Source: Desulfotalea psychrophila LSv54 (GTDB lineage: Bacteria > Desulfobacterota > Desulfobulbia > Desulfobulbales > Desulfocapsaceae). From it: a stretch of DNA of 32,000 nt. The notes under the pieces were generated by a model. The model saw nothing but the letters and a program-made list of their open reading frames with translations, had not been told where the DNA came from and did not search any database. A program made the position numbers and the translations under genes. Numbering within the stretch: the stretch's first letter is position 1; every line of letters starts with the position of its first letter. The stretch covers positions 1,950,001 to 1,982,000 of the forward strand of contig NC_006138.1 in assembly GCF_000025945.1 (NCBI RefSeq). The letters run 5' to 3'. This document shows, piece by piece, positions 1-7,852 of the stretch.

Positions 1-124
1 CGGTTTTCAGGCGAATGGTTGCCCCGATTCGTGCCTCAAGTCGTTCCTGCTGTATGCGAAGGGTCTCTGCAAGACCTCTACCTACCGTGCCAAAACCTAT
101 AATTCCTACACAAATTTCTTTCAT
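1..124 (-). CDS. hom: homoserine dehydrogenase, N-terminal fragment (gene continues off the left edge)
   Basis: Reverse-strand ATG at 124..122, open to position 1, with an in-frame TAA just upstream (136..134). My translation is MKEICVGIIGFGTVGRGLAETLRIQQERLEARIGATIRLKT. It starts with a GxGxxG dinucleotide-binding motif (GIIGFGTVG) laid out as in Hom N-termini. Only 41 codons are visible. Confidence 0.5.
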   Translation of the reverse strand, partial: MKEICVGIIGFGTVGRGLAETLRIQQERLEARIGATIRLKT

Positions 125-566
125 GATAACCAGTTAGTAAAGTTGAGAGGGATAAACCAAGAGCGTATTTAGACGTGTTTTCCCTCAAAAATTAGAATTT
201 GGACGACAAGTGTACACCATTTCTACCAATAGACCAAAAAATATTCGTCTGCAAGGAAAAAGCGGCAGAAAAACGCTGATATTTTTCTAGCACCGCTGTT
301 AAGAATAGGCTATAGTTGCCGATATTGAGAAATTCATAGAGCGTAGACAGCGCAAATATTTAAGAAATTTGCAAGTATACAGCCTAGAGTTATCCTTGCA
401 GTTCTGATCTTACTCTTGTGCGGCACAATAAAGATAAGTCACGGTTTTTTCCGTGGCAGTTGTTTGTACCCAGCTGTTTTTACGAGTTTTTACAACGGTG
501 TTGTCTACCGTTTTTATATTTTTTTATTTATCTAAATATTGAAATTGGCGAGTAAGGAGAAAGGCT

Positions 567-1247
567 ATGGGAAAAAACATTCTGTTTTTTGGACCAAATG
601 GTAGTGGCAAGGGCACCCAGGGTGCTATTGTGCAGAAGAAGTATGACATTCCTCACATCGAGTCCGGTGCAATTTTCAGAGAACATATTGGTGGCGGTAC
701 AGAACTTGGTCTTAAGGCCAAGGAGTATATCGAAAGAGGTGATCTCGTTCCCGATGAGATTACTATTCCCATGATGGTCTCTCGGCTGCAAAAGGATGAC
801 TGCAAGAAGGGTTGGATTCTTGATGGTTTTCCCCGCTCTAAGGTACAGGCAATAACCCTTGCTGAAACCCTGGCGAAAGAGGGCATGGCCCTTGATTATG
901 TCATCGAGATCGTTCTTGATCGTGACATTGCTAAGGAGCGTATCATGGGTCGTCGTCTCTGTGTAAATGATAATAACCATCCAAATCATATTGCCTTTGA
1001 GGCTATCAAGCCCGTGGAGAAAGATGGCAAGCTTGTCTGTCGCGTTTGTGGTGGCGATTTGAAAACCCGTCCCGATGATCAGGACGTCAATGCAATCAAT
1101 AAGCGCCATGGCATTTATTATGATGAAGAGACCGGCACCATGGCGGCGGTAAATTATTTCAAGAACGCCAATGGCCCTAAGGTAATTAGTATTGATGGTT
1201 CTGCCTCCATTGGTGAGGTAACAGAGCTGATCATGAAAGAGCTATAG
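567..1247 (+). CDS. adk: adenylate kinase with a Cys/His metal-type LID
   Basis: 226-aa ORF with AAGGAG at 554-559, 7 nt before the ATG. P-loop GPNGSGKGTQ, ILDGFPR, and LID CVNDNNH...CRVCGG followed by RPDD. Confidence 0.95.
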   Translation: MGKNILFFGPNGSGKGTQGAIVQKKYDIPHIESGAIFREHIGGGTELGLKAKEYIERGDLVPDEITIPMMVSRLQKDDCKKGWILDGFPRSKVQAITLAETLAKEGMALDYVIEIVLDRDIAKERIMGRRLCVNDNNHPNHIAFEAIKPVEKDGKLVCRVCGGDLKTRPDDQDVNAINKRHGIYYDEETGTMAAVNYFKNANGPKVISIDGSASIGEVTELIMKEL

Positions 1248-1295
1248 TCGTACATAAGGCTTTGGTCTCTTAGTGTATTCATTGTGACGTAGTCA

Positions 1296-1337
1296 AAAAG
1301 GGTTGCTCTTTTTAAAAGAGTTACCCTTTTTGTTGTT
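1296..1337 (+). terminator. rho-independent terminator of adk
   Basis: aaaagggttgctcttt/tta/aaagagttaccctttt forms a roughly 15-bp stem (one mismatch, one G-U), followed by a T-rich run tttttgttgtt, about 50 nt after the adk stop. Confidence 0.65.
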
Positions 1338-1493
1338 CTAGGCTGTAGGAAATGTCCTCTGTTTTCTATATAATTTATATTTTCTAACGATTTTAAATTT
1401 TAACAAATTTGGCATAAATAGCCTTGGCGAATCTGCAAAGATAACATCTTGATATAAGAGTTATTCACTTTTCAGAATACGTCCTCATACATT

Positions 1494-3056
1494 ATGGAAG
1501 AAAAAAGAAAAGATCTAAAACTTGGCAAAGTATATCTTATTGGTGCAGGTCCGGGTGATCCAGGCCTCATTACGGTGCGTGGTAAGCAACTTCTCGAAAA
1601 GGCTGAGGTGGTGGTATATGATTACCTTGCCAATCCTAAGCTTTTAAAGCTTGTGCCAAAATCGTCAGAGCTTATCTATGTGGGAAAAAAGGGCAATATT
1701 CATCATGCCCATAGCCAGGAAGAGATCAATCAAATTCTGGTGGATAAGTCCCATGAGGGTAAGCTCATCGTTCGCCTCAAGGGTGGTGACCCCTTTATTT
1801 TTGGTCGTGGTGGTGAAGAGCTTCAGGAAATTCATAAAGAGGGCATTCCCTTTGAAGTTGTCCCCGGTGTGACCTCTGCCTCGGCAGCAGCCACCTATGC
1901 AGGTATTCCCATTACCCATCGTGATTTCGCTGCCTCCGTAGCCTTTGTGACGGGCCATGAAGATCCGAATAAGAAAGAGTCTAACGTTGACTGGGCAAAG
2001 CTTGCCACAGGCGCGGGCACCATCGTGGTCTATATGGGCATTAAAAATCTGCCCATCATTGTCGACAATTTGCTTAAGCACGGAAGAGACCCCGAAACAC
2101 CCGTTGCCGTTGTCCGTTGGGCATCGACTCCCGAGCAGGAGTCCGTGGTGGGAACCATTGCTACCATTAAGGATGTGGTGGCCGATGCGGGTATTAAGGC
2201 TCCAGCCCTGATCATTATTGGTGGGGTAGTAAGTCTGCGCGATACCATGGACTGGTTTGAAAAACGACCTCTCTTTGGCAAGAAGATCATTGTTACCAGA
2301 ACCCGTGAGCAGGCAAGCGAACTTGTCCAGGAACTGGAAGAACAGGGCGCTAATTGTCTTGAGTGTGCGACTATTAAGATTAGTCCAATCAAGGAACCTA
2401 AGGAGTTGGATAATGCTCTTGAACGTCTTCAGGAGTTCCATTGGATTCTCTTTACCTCCATTAACGGTGTAAAATACTTCTTTGAGAGGCTTTTTTCTAA
2501 AGGAATGGATGCCCGTGACCTGAAGGGGTGTGATATTGCCGTGGTTGGACCCAGTACTGCGGACTATCTGCGTAAATATGGTCTTAATGCCGATCTCTTT
2601 CCACCAGTTTTTACCGGTGAGGGTCTTGCTCAGGCGCTTTTGGATCAGGGTGTTGAGGGACGCAATATTCTTATTCCTCGTGCTCAACAGGCTCGAGAAA
2701 TTGTCCCGGAAAATCTCCGTGGAGCGGGCGCTCAGGTAACCGTCGCCCCCGTTTATGTAACCAAGCCTATCGCTGAGAATAAAAAAGAGATGAGGGCTGA
2801 GCTTGAGAGCGGCACCGTTGATATGGTGACCTTTACCAGCTCATCAACCGTGACCAATTTTATCAAGATGCTCCAGCCGGAAAGCCCAGAAGAGTTGGCG
2901 AGTCTGCTTAAGGGGGTGCGTATTGCCGCCATTGGTCCTATTACGGCAAAAACAGTTACGGACAATGGTCTGCAGGTAGATGTTCAGCCTGAAAATTATA
3001 CCATTGCCGGCATGCTTGATGCCATTGTTGAGTCCTATTCCTCTGAGAAGAAATAG
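1494..3056 (+). CDS. cobA-hemD: fused uroporphyrinogen-III C-methyltransferase / uroporphyrinogen-III synthase
   Basis: 520 aa. The N-terminal half carries SUMT motifs (VYLIGAGPGDPGLITVRG, GGDPFIFGRGGEE, VPGVTSA). The C-terminal ~250 aa are HemD-like (KKIIVTRTREQASEL..., ILFTSINGVKYFF, VTFTSSSTV). Confidence 0.9.
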   Translation: MEEKRKDLKLGKVYLIGAGPGDPGLITVRGKQLLEKAEVVVYDYLANPKLLKLVPKSSELIYVGKKGNIHHAHSQEEINQILVDKSHEGKLIVRLKGGDPFIFGRGGEELQEIHKEGIPFEVVPGVTSASAAATYAGIPITHRDFAASVAFVTGHEDPNKKESNVDWAKLATGAGTIVVYMGIKNLPIIVDNLLKHGRDPETPVAVVRWASTPEQESVVGTIATIKDVVADAGIKAPALIIIGGVVSLRDTMDWFEKRPLFGKKIIVTRTREQASELVQELEEQGANCLECATIKISPIKEPKELDNALERLQEFHWILFTSINGVKYFFERLFSKGMDARDLKGCDIAVVGPSTADYLRKYGLNADLFPPVFTGEGLAQALLDQGVEGRNILIPRAQQAREIVPENLRGAGAQVTVAPVYVTKPIAENKKEMRAELESGTVDMVTFTSSSTVTNFIKMLQPESPEELASLLKGVRIAAIGPITAKTVTDNGLQVDVQPENYTIAGMLDAIVESYSSEKK

Positions 3057-3114
3057 TCGTAGACCACCTTTCTGCCTTGGTGGAGAGGTATCTTTTTAGG
3101 ATTTGCCTGTACAT

Positions 3115-3151
3115 AAAAAAACGCCCTGGAGCTTCTCCGGGGCGTTTTTTT
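3115..3151. terminator. bidirectional rho-independent terminator between convergent genes
   Basis: A7 (3115-3121), then a 9-bp stem acgccctgg/ccggggcgt (one G-U) with the 7-nt loop agcttct, then T7 (3145-3151). The A-run and T-run flanks let it act on both strands. Confidence 0.7.
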
Positions 3152-3160
3152 GTTTAATGA

Positions 3161-3673
3161 TCATGGTTGCCTAGGCGTTGGTCCAGAGTTCTGTTCCCTC
3201 AGCTTCATCTTCATGCTCTTGCCGTTGGCGGTAAGGGGCTCTATGAAGTGGGCGTATTTCGGTGTCTTGTCTCTGGCAATCTGACCGTGGCAAAAATTGA
3301 TTACATCCTGCCCGCCATCTATATGGTGGAGAAAATCCTCTATCTCCTTGGAATAAATATTCTCACCATTTCGAATAAGCATATCCTTTCCCGTTTCCGG
3401 ACAATTGTAGAAGCAGATACCGCAACCAATACAAGCTTTTCCAATATACTCTGCGGGGACGTAGCCCTTGCTGTTCATCTGCGCTGCAAAACGAAGGCAG
3501 TTTTTGGGGTAGGCTTCAATGCACCGTCCACCTCCTTCCCACTCTATGATAAAAGTCATCTTCTCATCGTCAGTAAAGAAAAAATGACAAACCCTGTCAT
3601 GTCCGAATGGCTCTATCGGCCAAAATGGGATTTGTTTACTTTTTAAGATTTTTTTTCTATTATTCCAGGACAA
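3161..3673 (-). CDS. chimeric ORF, possibly a gene remnant: 4Fe-4S ferredoxin-type segment fused to a degraded C-terminal subdomain of an AMP-dependent (acyl-CoA) ligase
   Basis: 170 aa. CIGCGICFYNCPE is a canonical CxxCxxCxxxCP motif. It is directly followed by GKDMLIRNGENIYSKEIEDFL and ...KTPKYAHFIEPLTANGKSMKMKLRE. These match the ANL-ligase C-terminal pattern (KDMIIRGGENIYPxEIE ... P+xxxFv.elP.T.sGKi.K..LRE), but the middle of that subdomain is missing. Confidence 0.45.
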   Translation of the reverse strand: MSWNNRKKILKSKQIPFWPIEPFGHDRVCHFFFTDDEKMTFIIEWEGGGRCIEAYPKNCLRFAAQMNSKGYVPAEYIGKACIGCGICFYNCPETGKDMLIRNGENIYSKEIEDFLHHIDGGQDVINFCHGQIARDKTPKYAHFIEPLTANGKSMKMKLREQNSGPTPRQP

Positions 3674-3974
3674 TTAAGAGAGAAGGTGGTTTTGGCAGTC
3701 TGCCCTTGTCAGTTGCTTGTCTGGGCGATATTGCCTTTGCCTTTTATTCTGATAAAGGGCAGAGAAGAGGGCTAATAAAGAGCTACAATAAATTTACAGA
3801 TAGGGTAGTCTTAGCCAAATGATAAGTTCTCCGTCTTTTTAGTCATGGCAGGGCTTTTCTCTGCTATACCACCGAAAATAATGGTAAATATCATTTGCGG
3901 AAGAGTTGTTCATATGGTTAACGGTTTGAAGTAGTTCACGGGTTTTTATGAGTTTATAAGAAAGGAATAACACA

Positions 3975-4445
3975 TTGAAAAAGATAATTCTTTTGGCCCT
4001 GATCGGCCTTTGCCTCACCTCCTGCGATAGTGATGAAGTTGGTGATGTCTCTCTTGGTCTGTTTACCACTAAGGATATTAAGATCAATGTCCTGACCGAC
4101 CCCATCGTCACCGGTGTTACCTGTCATGTGTCAAGTATTGAGGCGAATCTTGACTGGGCAGATCCCTCCGATATGTCTATTTCCTGTAGGCAAACAGGTG
4201 AGATAAGCCCCGGGATGATTGAGCAGATAGATCAATCAAAATCAGGGGAAGTTGTCTTTCGCAAGTCCAAGAGTTTTCTTTTTAAGAATTTGAAAATACG
4301 AAGGATATACGATCCTCAGACCAGAACACTTATCTATCTCTCCTATAGCACCAAGGAGACAACGGGAAGCTATAAACATAGTATTTCAACGGTACCCCTC
4401 TGGGGCACTACAGCATATAGAACTACTGTTTCAAGCCTCAAGTAA
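3975..4445 (+). CDS. creA: CreA-family lipoprotein
   Basis: TTG start preceded by AAGGA. Lipobox LCLTSC. Segments DPIVTGVTCHVS, ISCRQTGEIS, GEVVFRKSKSFLFKNLKIRRIYD and LIYLSYS parallel E. coli CreA as I remember it. Confidence 0.75.
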   Translation: MKKIILLALIGLCLTSCDSDEVGDVSLGLFTTKDIKINVLTDPIVTGVTCHVSSIEANLDWADPSDMSISCRQTGEISPGMIEQIDQSKSGEVVFRKSKSFLFKNLKIRRIYDPQTRTLIYLSYSTKETTGSYKHSISTVPLWGTTAYRTTVSSLK

Positions 4446-4669
4446 AGAAATGAATTACCTTTCTTTAAATTAATCTTATGGGAAAATTGAATATTTTCTG
4501 GCTTATGCAGCTTGAAAGTGCGAAGAAACAGCTGAAAGAAGATAAATATAGAGAAGAAGTTCATCCTGCTTGCAAAGAGCAGTGGATTTTCCTATAGTTG
4601 TTTCATTTTTCTTCCTAAAAATTAAGCATAATTTTATATAACAGAGTTTTCCTGCACGAGAGAGCATCC

Positions 4670-5689
4670 ATGAAAAAAGAGAACCCACTTGCAATAGTAA
4701 TTCTTGCCGCCGGCAAGGGAACACGAATGAAGTCCGAGTTGGCCAAGGTGCTTCACCCCGTTTTTGGCAGACCGATGATCCAACATGTACTGGCCAGTAC
4801 AGCAGGCCTGCCCAGCGATAAACGCATCATTATTATTGGTCACCAGCGACATGCCGTGCGGGAGGCCCTTGCCGACGACGCCTGCACCTTTGTCGTGCAG
4901 GAAGAGCAGCTTGGCACTGCCCATGCCGTGCTTACTGCCAAGGAGGCAATCGCGGATGACTGTGAAGATGTTATGATTCTCTGCGGCGATACCCCTCTCA
5001 TTTCAGGACAGAGCTTGGAGGAGATGTATGATCGTCATCGAACCAACTCTGCCACTGTCACTCTGATGACCACCCAGTTAGGAGATCCGACCAATTACGG
5101 CAGAATAATCAGTGATAATGCGGGAAATCTTCTTCGTATCGTTGAGGAAAAGGATGCGGATCCTGCCGAGAAGAGGATAAAGGAGATTAACGCCGGCATC
5201 TACTGCGTCAGGCGAGATTTTCTCTATCGGGCCCTGCAGAAAGTAGAGAACAACAATAGTCAAGGAGAATTGTATCTTACAGATATCATTGATCTTGCTG
5301 TTAAGTCTGAGCAAAAGGTGCAAAGGTATCTGGCCCCTGAGCCAAAGGATGTGCTGGGAGTAAATTCACGTATTGAACTTGCCATGGCAGATGAGGAACT
5401 CCGTATGCGTCGTAACAGGGAGGTCATGCTGACAGGGGTGAGCATGATCCTGCCCGCTACCATCATGATCTCCTCTCAATCAGAAATTGGTTTTGATAGT
5501 CTTGTCGGTGCCGGAGTAGAACTTCGCGGTCATTGCCAGATTGGCAGTAACTGTAAAATTGATACCGGAGCCATTCTTACCAACTGCAAGATGGAGAGTG
5601 GCAGCCATGTCGGTGCCTACTCTGTCTTAACAGGTTGTACTGTCGCAGCCGATGAGAAAATTCCCGCCCAGCAGCGGGAGGAGGAGTAA
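4670..5689 (+). CDS. GlmU-like sugar-1-phosphate nucleotidyltransferase with a truncated left-handed beta-helix (no acetyltransferase C-terminus)
   Basis: 339 aa. LAIVILAAGKGTRMKSELAKVLHPVFGRPMIQHVL, ILCGDTPLI, NAGIY and ELYLTDII match the GlmU uridyltransferase domain. Only about 4-5 hexapeptide turns follow before the stop, whereas full GlmU is about 450 aa. Confidence 0.8.
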   Translation: MKKENPLAIVILAAGKGTRMKSELAKVLHPVFGRPMIQHVLASTAGLPSDKRIIIIGHQRHAVREALADDACTFVVQEEQLGTAHAVLTAKEAIADDCEDVMILCGDTPLISGQSLEEMYDRHRTNSATVTLMTTQLGDPTNYGRIISDNAGNLLRIVEEKDADPAEKRIKEINAGIYCVRRDFLYRALQKVENNNSQGELYLTDIIDLAVKSEQKVQRYLAPEPKDVLGVNSRIELAMADEELRMRRNREVMLTGVSMILPATIMISSQSEIGFDSLVGAGVELRGHCQIGSNCKIDTGAILTNCKMESGSHVGAYSVLTGCTVAADEKIPAQQREEE

Positions 5690-5692
5690 AGA

Positions 5693-5893
5693 GTGTATAT
5701 TCAGCTCAATGGCAAAAAAACGGAGTACTCGGAGACTACATCTATTTCCGATATTCTCAGCGATTTCAAACTGATGTCAGAAAGCGTTGTTATAGAGTAC
5801 AACAGGATCCTACTCAGCGAAACAGATAGCATAAATGCCCCTCTGGTAGATGGGGATTCACTTGAAATTGTTAGATTTGTAGGAGGTGGCTGA
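5693..5893 (+). CDS. thiS: sulfur-carrier protein ThiS
   Basis: 66 aa, GTG start 6 nt after [19 protein letters not shown]... with a C-terminal ...VGGG diglycine. Confidence 0.9.
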
Positions 5894-5894
5894 T

Positions 5895-6677
5895 ATGCTC
5901 ACCATAGCTGGCAAAACATTTTCTTCACGACTCTTTATTGGCACAGGCAAATTTGCCTCGCCGGAAATCATGCGGGATGTACTTCAGGCCTGCAAAAGTC
6001 AGATGGTAACCGTGGCCCTCAGGCGGGTAAATCTGGCCGATCCTGAAGATGATATCATGTCACAGATTGACACTGGAGAGACCAACTTTTTGCCCAATAC
6101 CTCCGGGGCCAGAAATGCTGAAGAGGCCATTCGCCTTGCTGAGTTGGCCCGGGCCGGTTCGGGCACCAATTGGGTTAAAATTGAGGTGGTCCCGGACCCA
6201 CGTACCCTCCTGCCCGATCCCATCGAGACTCTTAAGGCAACGGAAGAGCTGGTAAAACGTGGTTTTATTGTTCTTCCCTATATGAATGTGGATCCCATCC
6301 TTGCCCTGCGTTTGCAGGATGTAGGGGCGGCCGCCGTTATGCCCTTGGCGGCACCCATCGGCACCAATCTTGGCATCACCAATCGTCTGCAGCTGGAGAT
6401 GATTATTGAGCAGGCTCGGGTTCCCGTGGTGATTGATGCTGGTCTCGGTGCCCCATCCCATGCTGCCCTTGCCATGGAGCTGGGTGCCGATGCTGTCTTG
6501 GTCAATACGGCTATTGCCGTGGCTGATAAGCCCGTTGCCATGGCAGAGGCCTTTGCCATGGCTACCATAGCAGGCCGTGCCGCCTACCTTGCCGGACTTG
6601 GCTCACAATGTCCCGTTGCCTCGGCTTCTTCTCCCGTTAGCGGTAATATAACCGTTGACCTAGACTTCCTGGACTGA
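5895..6677 (+). CDS. thiG: thiazole synthase ThiG
   Basis: [43 protein letters not shown] at 5881-5886 favours ATG 5895. The track ORF starts at an upstream in-frame GTG (5886) that overlaps the thiS stop. Confidence 0.95.
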
Positions 6678-6679
6678 TC

Positions 6680-7786
6680 ATGTTTACACCGCTTAACAAA
6701 ACAGAGACAGATGCCCATATAGAAGGTGTGAGCGCCGCTGATGTAGAACGTATTTTGCGGGCCGGCAAATGTTCTGCCGAGGAGATAGGTATACTCCTTT
6801 CACCAGTGGCAGAAGCATTTCTTCCACAGATGGCGGAACTTGCCCGTAAGTTGACCCTGCGTAGATTTGGCAAGACAATGCAGGTCTATGCCCCCGTTTA
6901 TCTTTCCAATTACTGTTCCAATAACTGTGTCTACTGTGGATTTGCGGCAAAAAACAAAATTGTTCGTAAATGTCTGTCAGAAGAGGAGATAGCAAGGGAG
7001 ACAGAGATCCTCTATAATCGGGGTTTTCGGCAAATTCTCCTTGTTACCGGTGAAGCCAATAAAAAAATGGGTGTTCATGAATTGGCAAAGGTGGCGACAG
7101 ATCTTAAGGAGAGGTTCTCCTCTATCTCCATAGAGGTCCAGCCCTTTGACACCGATGACTATAAGACACTCTTTGCAGCCGGTGTTACGGGCGTTGCCGT
7201 TTATCAGGAGACCTACCAGCGAGATCTCTATGCAGAGCTTCATCTCTCGGGTAAAAAGACGGATTATGACTATCGTCTTGCCACTCCTGCCCGGGCCTGT
7301 GCGGCCGGGATGCGTGAGGTGGGTATTGGCGCCCTCTTGGGTCTTGGCGATTGGAGATTTGAGGGTATCAACCTTGCCTATCATCTTCAATGGCTACGCA
7401 GGCATTATTGGCAGACTGCCTTTACTGTTTCCTTTCCGAGGATGCGTCCTGCCAGTGGCGGCTTTGAACCTGCCCATCCCATGTCTGCAAGAGAGTTGAG
7501 CCAATTGATATTTGCTCTCAGAATCCTTGATCCTGATGTGGGTCTCCTTGTCTCTACCCGGGAAGAGGTGGCCTTTCGTGATGGTATGGTAGGCTTTGCC
7601 CCCACCCGCTATTCGGCTGGTTCAAGCACTACTCCAGGTGGATACGGTGACCCCGATGTTGCAGGAGAGCAGTGGGATATGGGCGATAATCGCTCTGTGG
7701 AAGAGGTGATTGAGATGCTTCTTAAGAAAGGTTTTGACCCCGTATATAAGGATTGGGATTCAAGCTTTCAATCCTTTGCTTGTTAG
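6680..7786 (+). CDS. thiH: 2-iminoacetate synthase (tyrosine lyase) ThiH, radical SAM
   Basis: 368 aa with radical-SAM CSNNCVYCGF. Starts 2 nt after the thiG stop. Confidence 0.95.
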   Translation: MFTPLNKTETDAHIEGVSAADVERILRAGKCSAEEIGILLSPVAEAFLPQMAELARKLTLRRFGKTMQVYAPVYLSNYCSNNCVYCGFAAKNKIVRKCLSEEEIARETEILYNRGFRQILLVTGEANKKMGVHELAKVATDLKERFSSISIEVQPFDTDDYKTLFAAGVTGVAVYQETYQRDLYAELHLSGKKTDYDYRLATPARACAAGMREVGIGALLGLGDWRFEGINLAYHLQWLRRHYWQTAFTVSFPRMRPASGGFEPAHPMSARELSQLIFALRILDPDVGLLVSTREEVAFRDGMVGFAPTRYSAGSSTTPGGYGDPDVAGEQWDMGDNRSVEEVIEMLLKKGFDPVYKDWDSSFQSFAC

Positions 7787-7852
7787 TAGTAGCCAACCAT
7801 TAGACCAATAACTCAGGCGGGGGCAGTTTTTTCATGTTTCCGCCCAATAGGA

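Noticed and set aside
528-1109. 193-aa minus-strand ORF
   Set aside because: It lies almost wholly antisense to the well-supported adk gene, with no motifs. It is a shadow ORF.
1665-2687. 340-aa minus-strand ORF
   Set aside because: It is antisense to the cobA-hemD fusion and has no recognisable domains. It is a shadow ORF of a strongly supported gene.
3167-3646. 159-aa + strand ORF
   Set aside because: It is antisense to the ferredoxin/ligase chimeric ORF, with no motifs and no RBS, and it lies downstream of the bidirectional terminator.
4446-4669. Expected TPP (THI-box) riboswitch upstream of the glmU-like/thiSGH block
   Set aside because: By eye I found none of the conserved elements (CUGAGA, the pyrimidine-sensor helix, ACCUGAUCUGGAUAAUGCCAGCG-like). 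The region is AT-rich without the expected helices. Only a covariance-model scan could overturn this.
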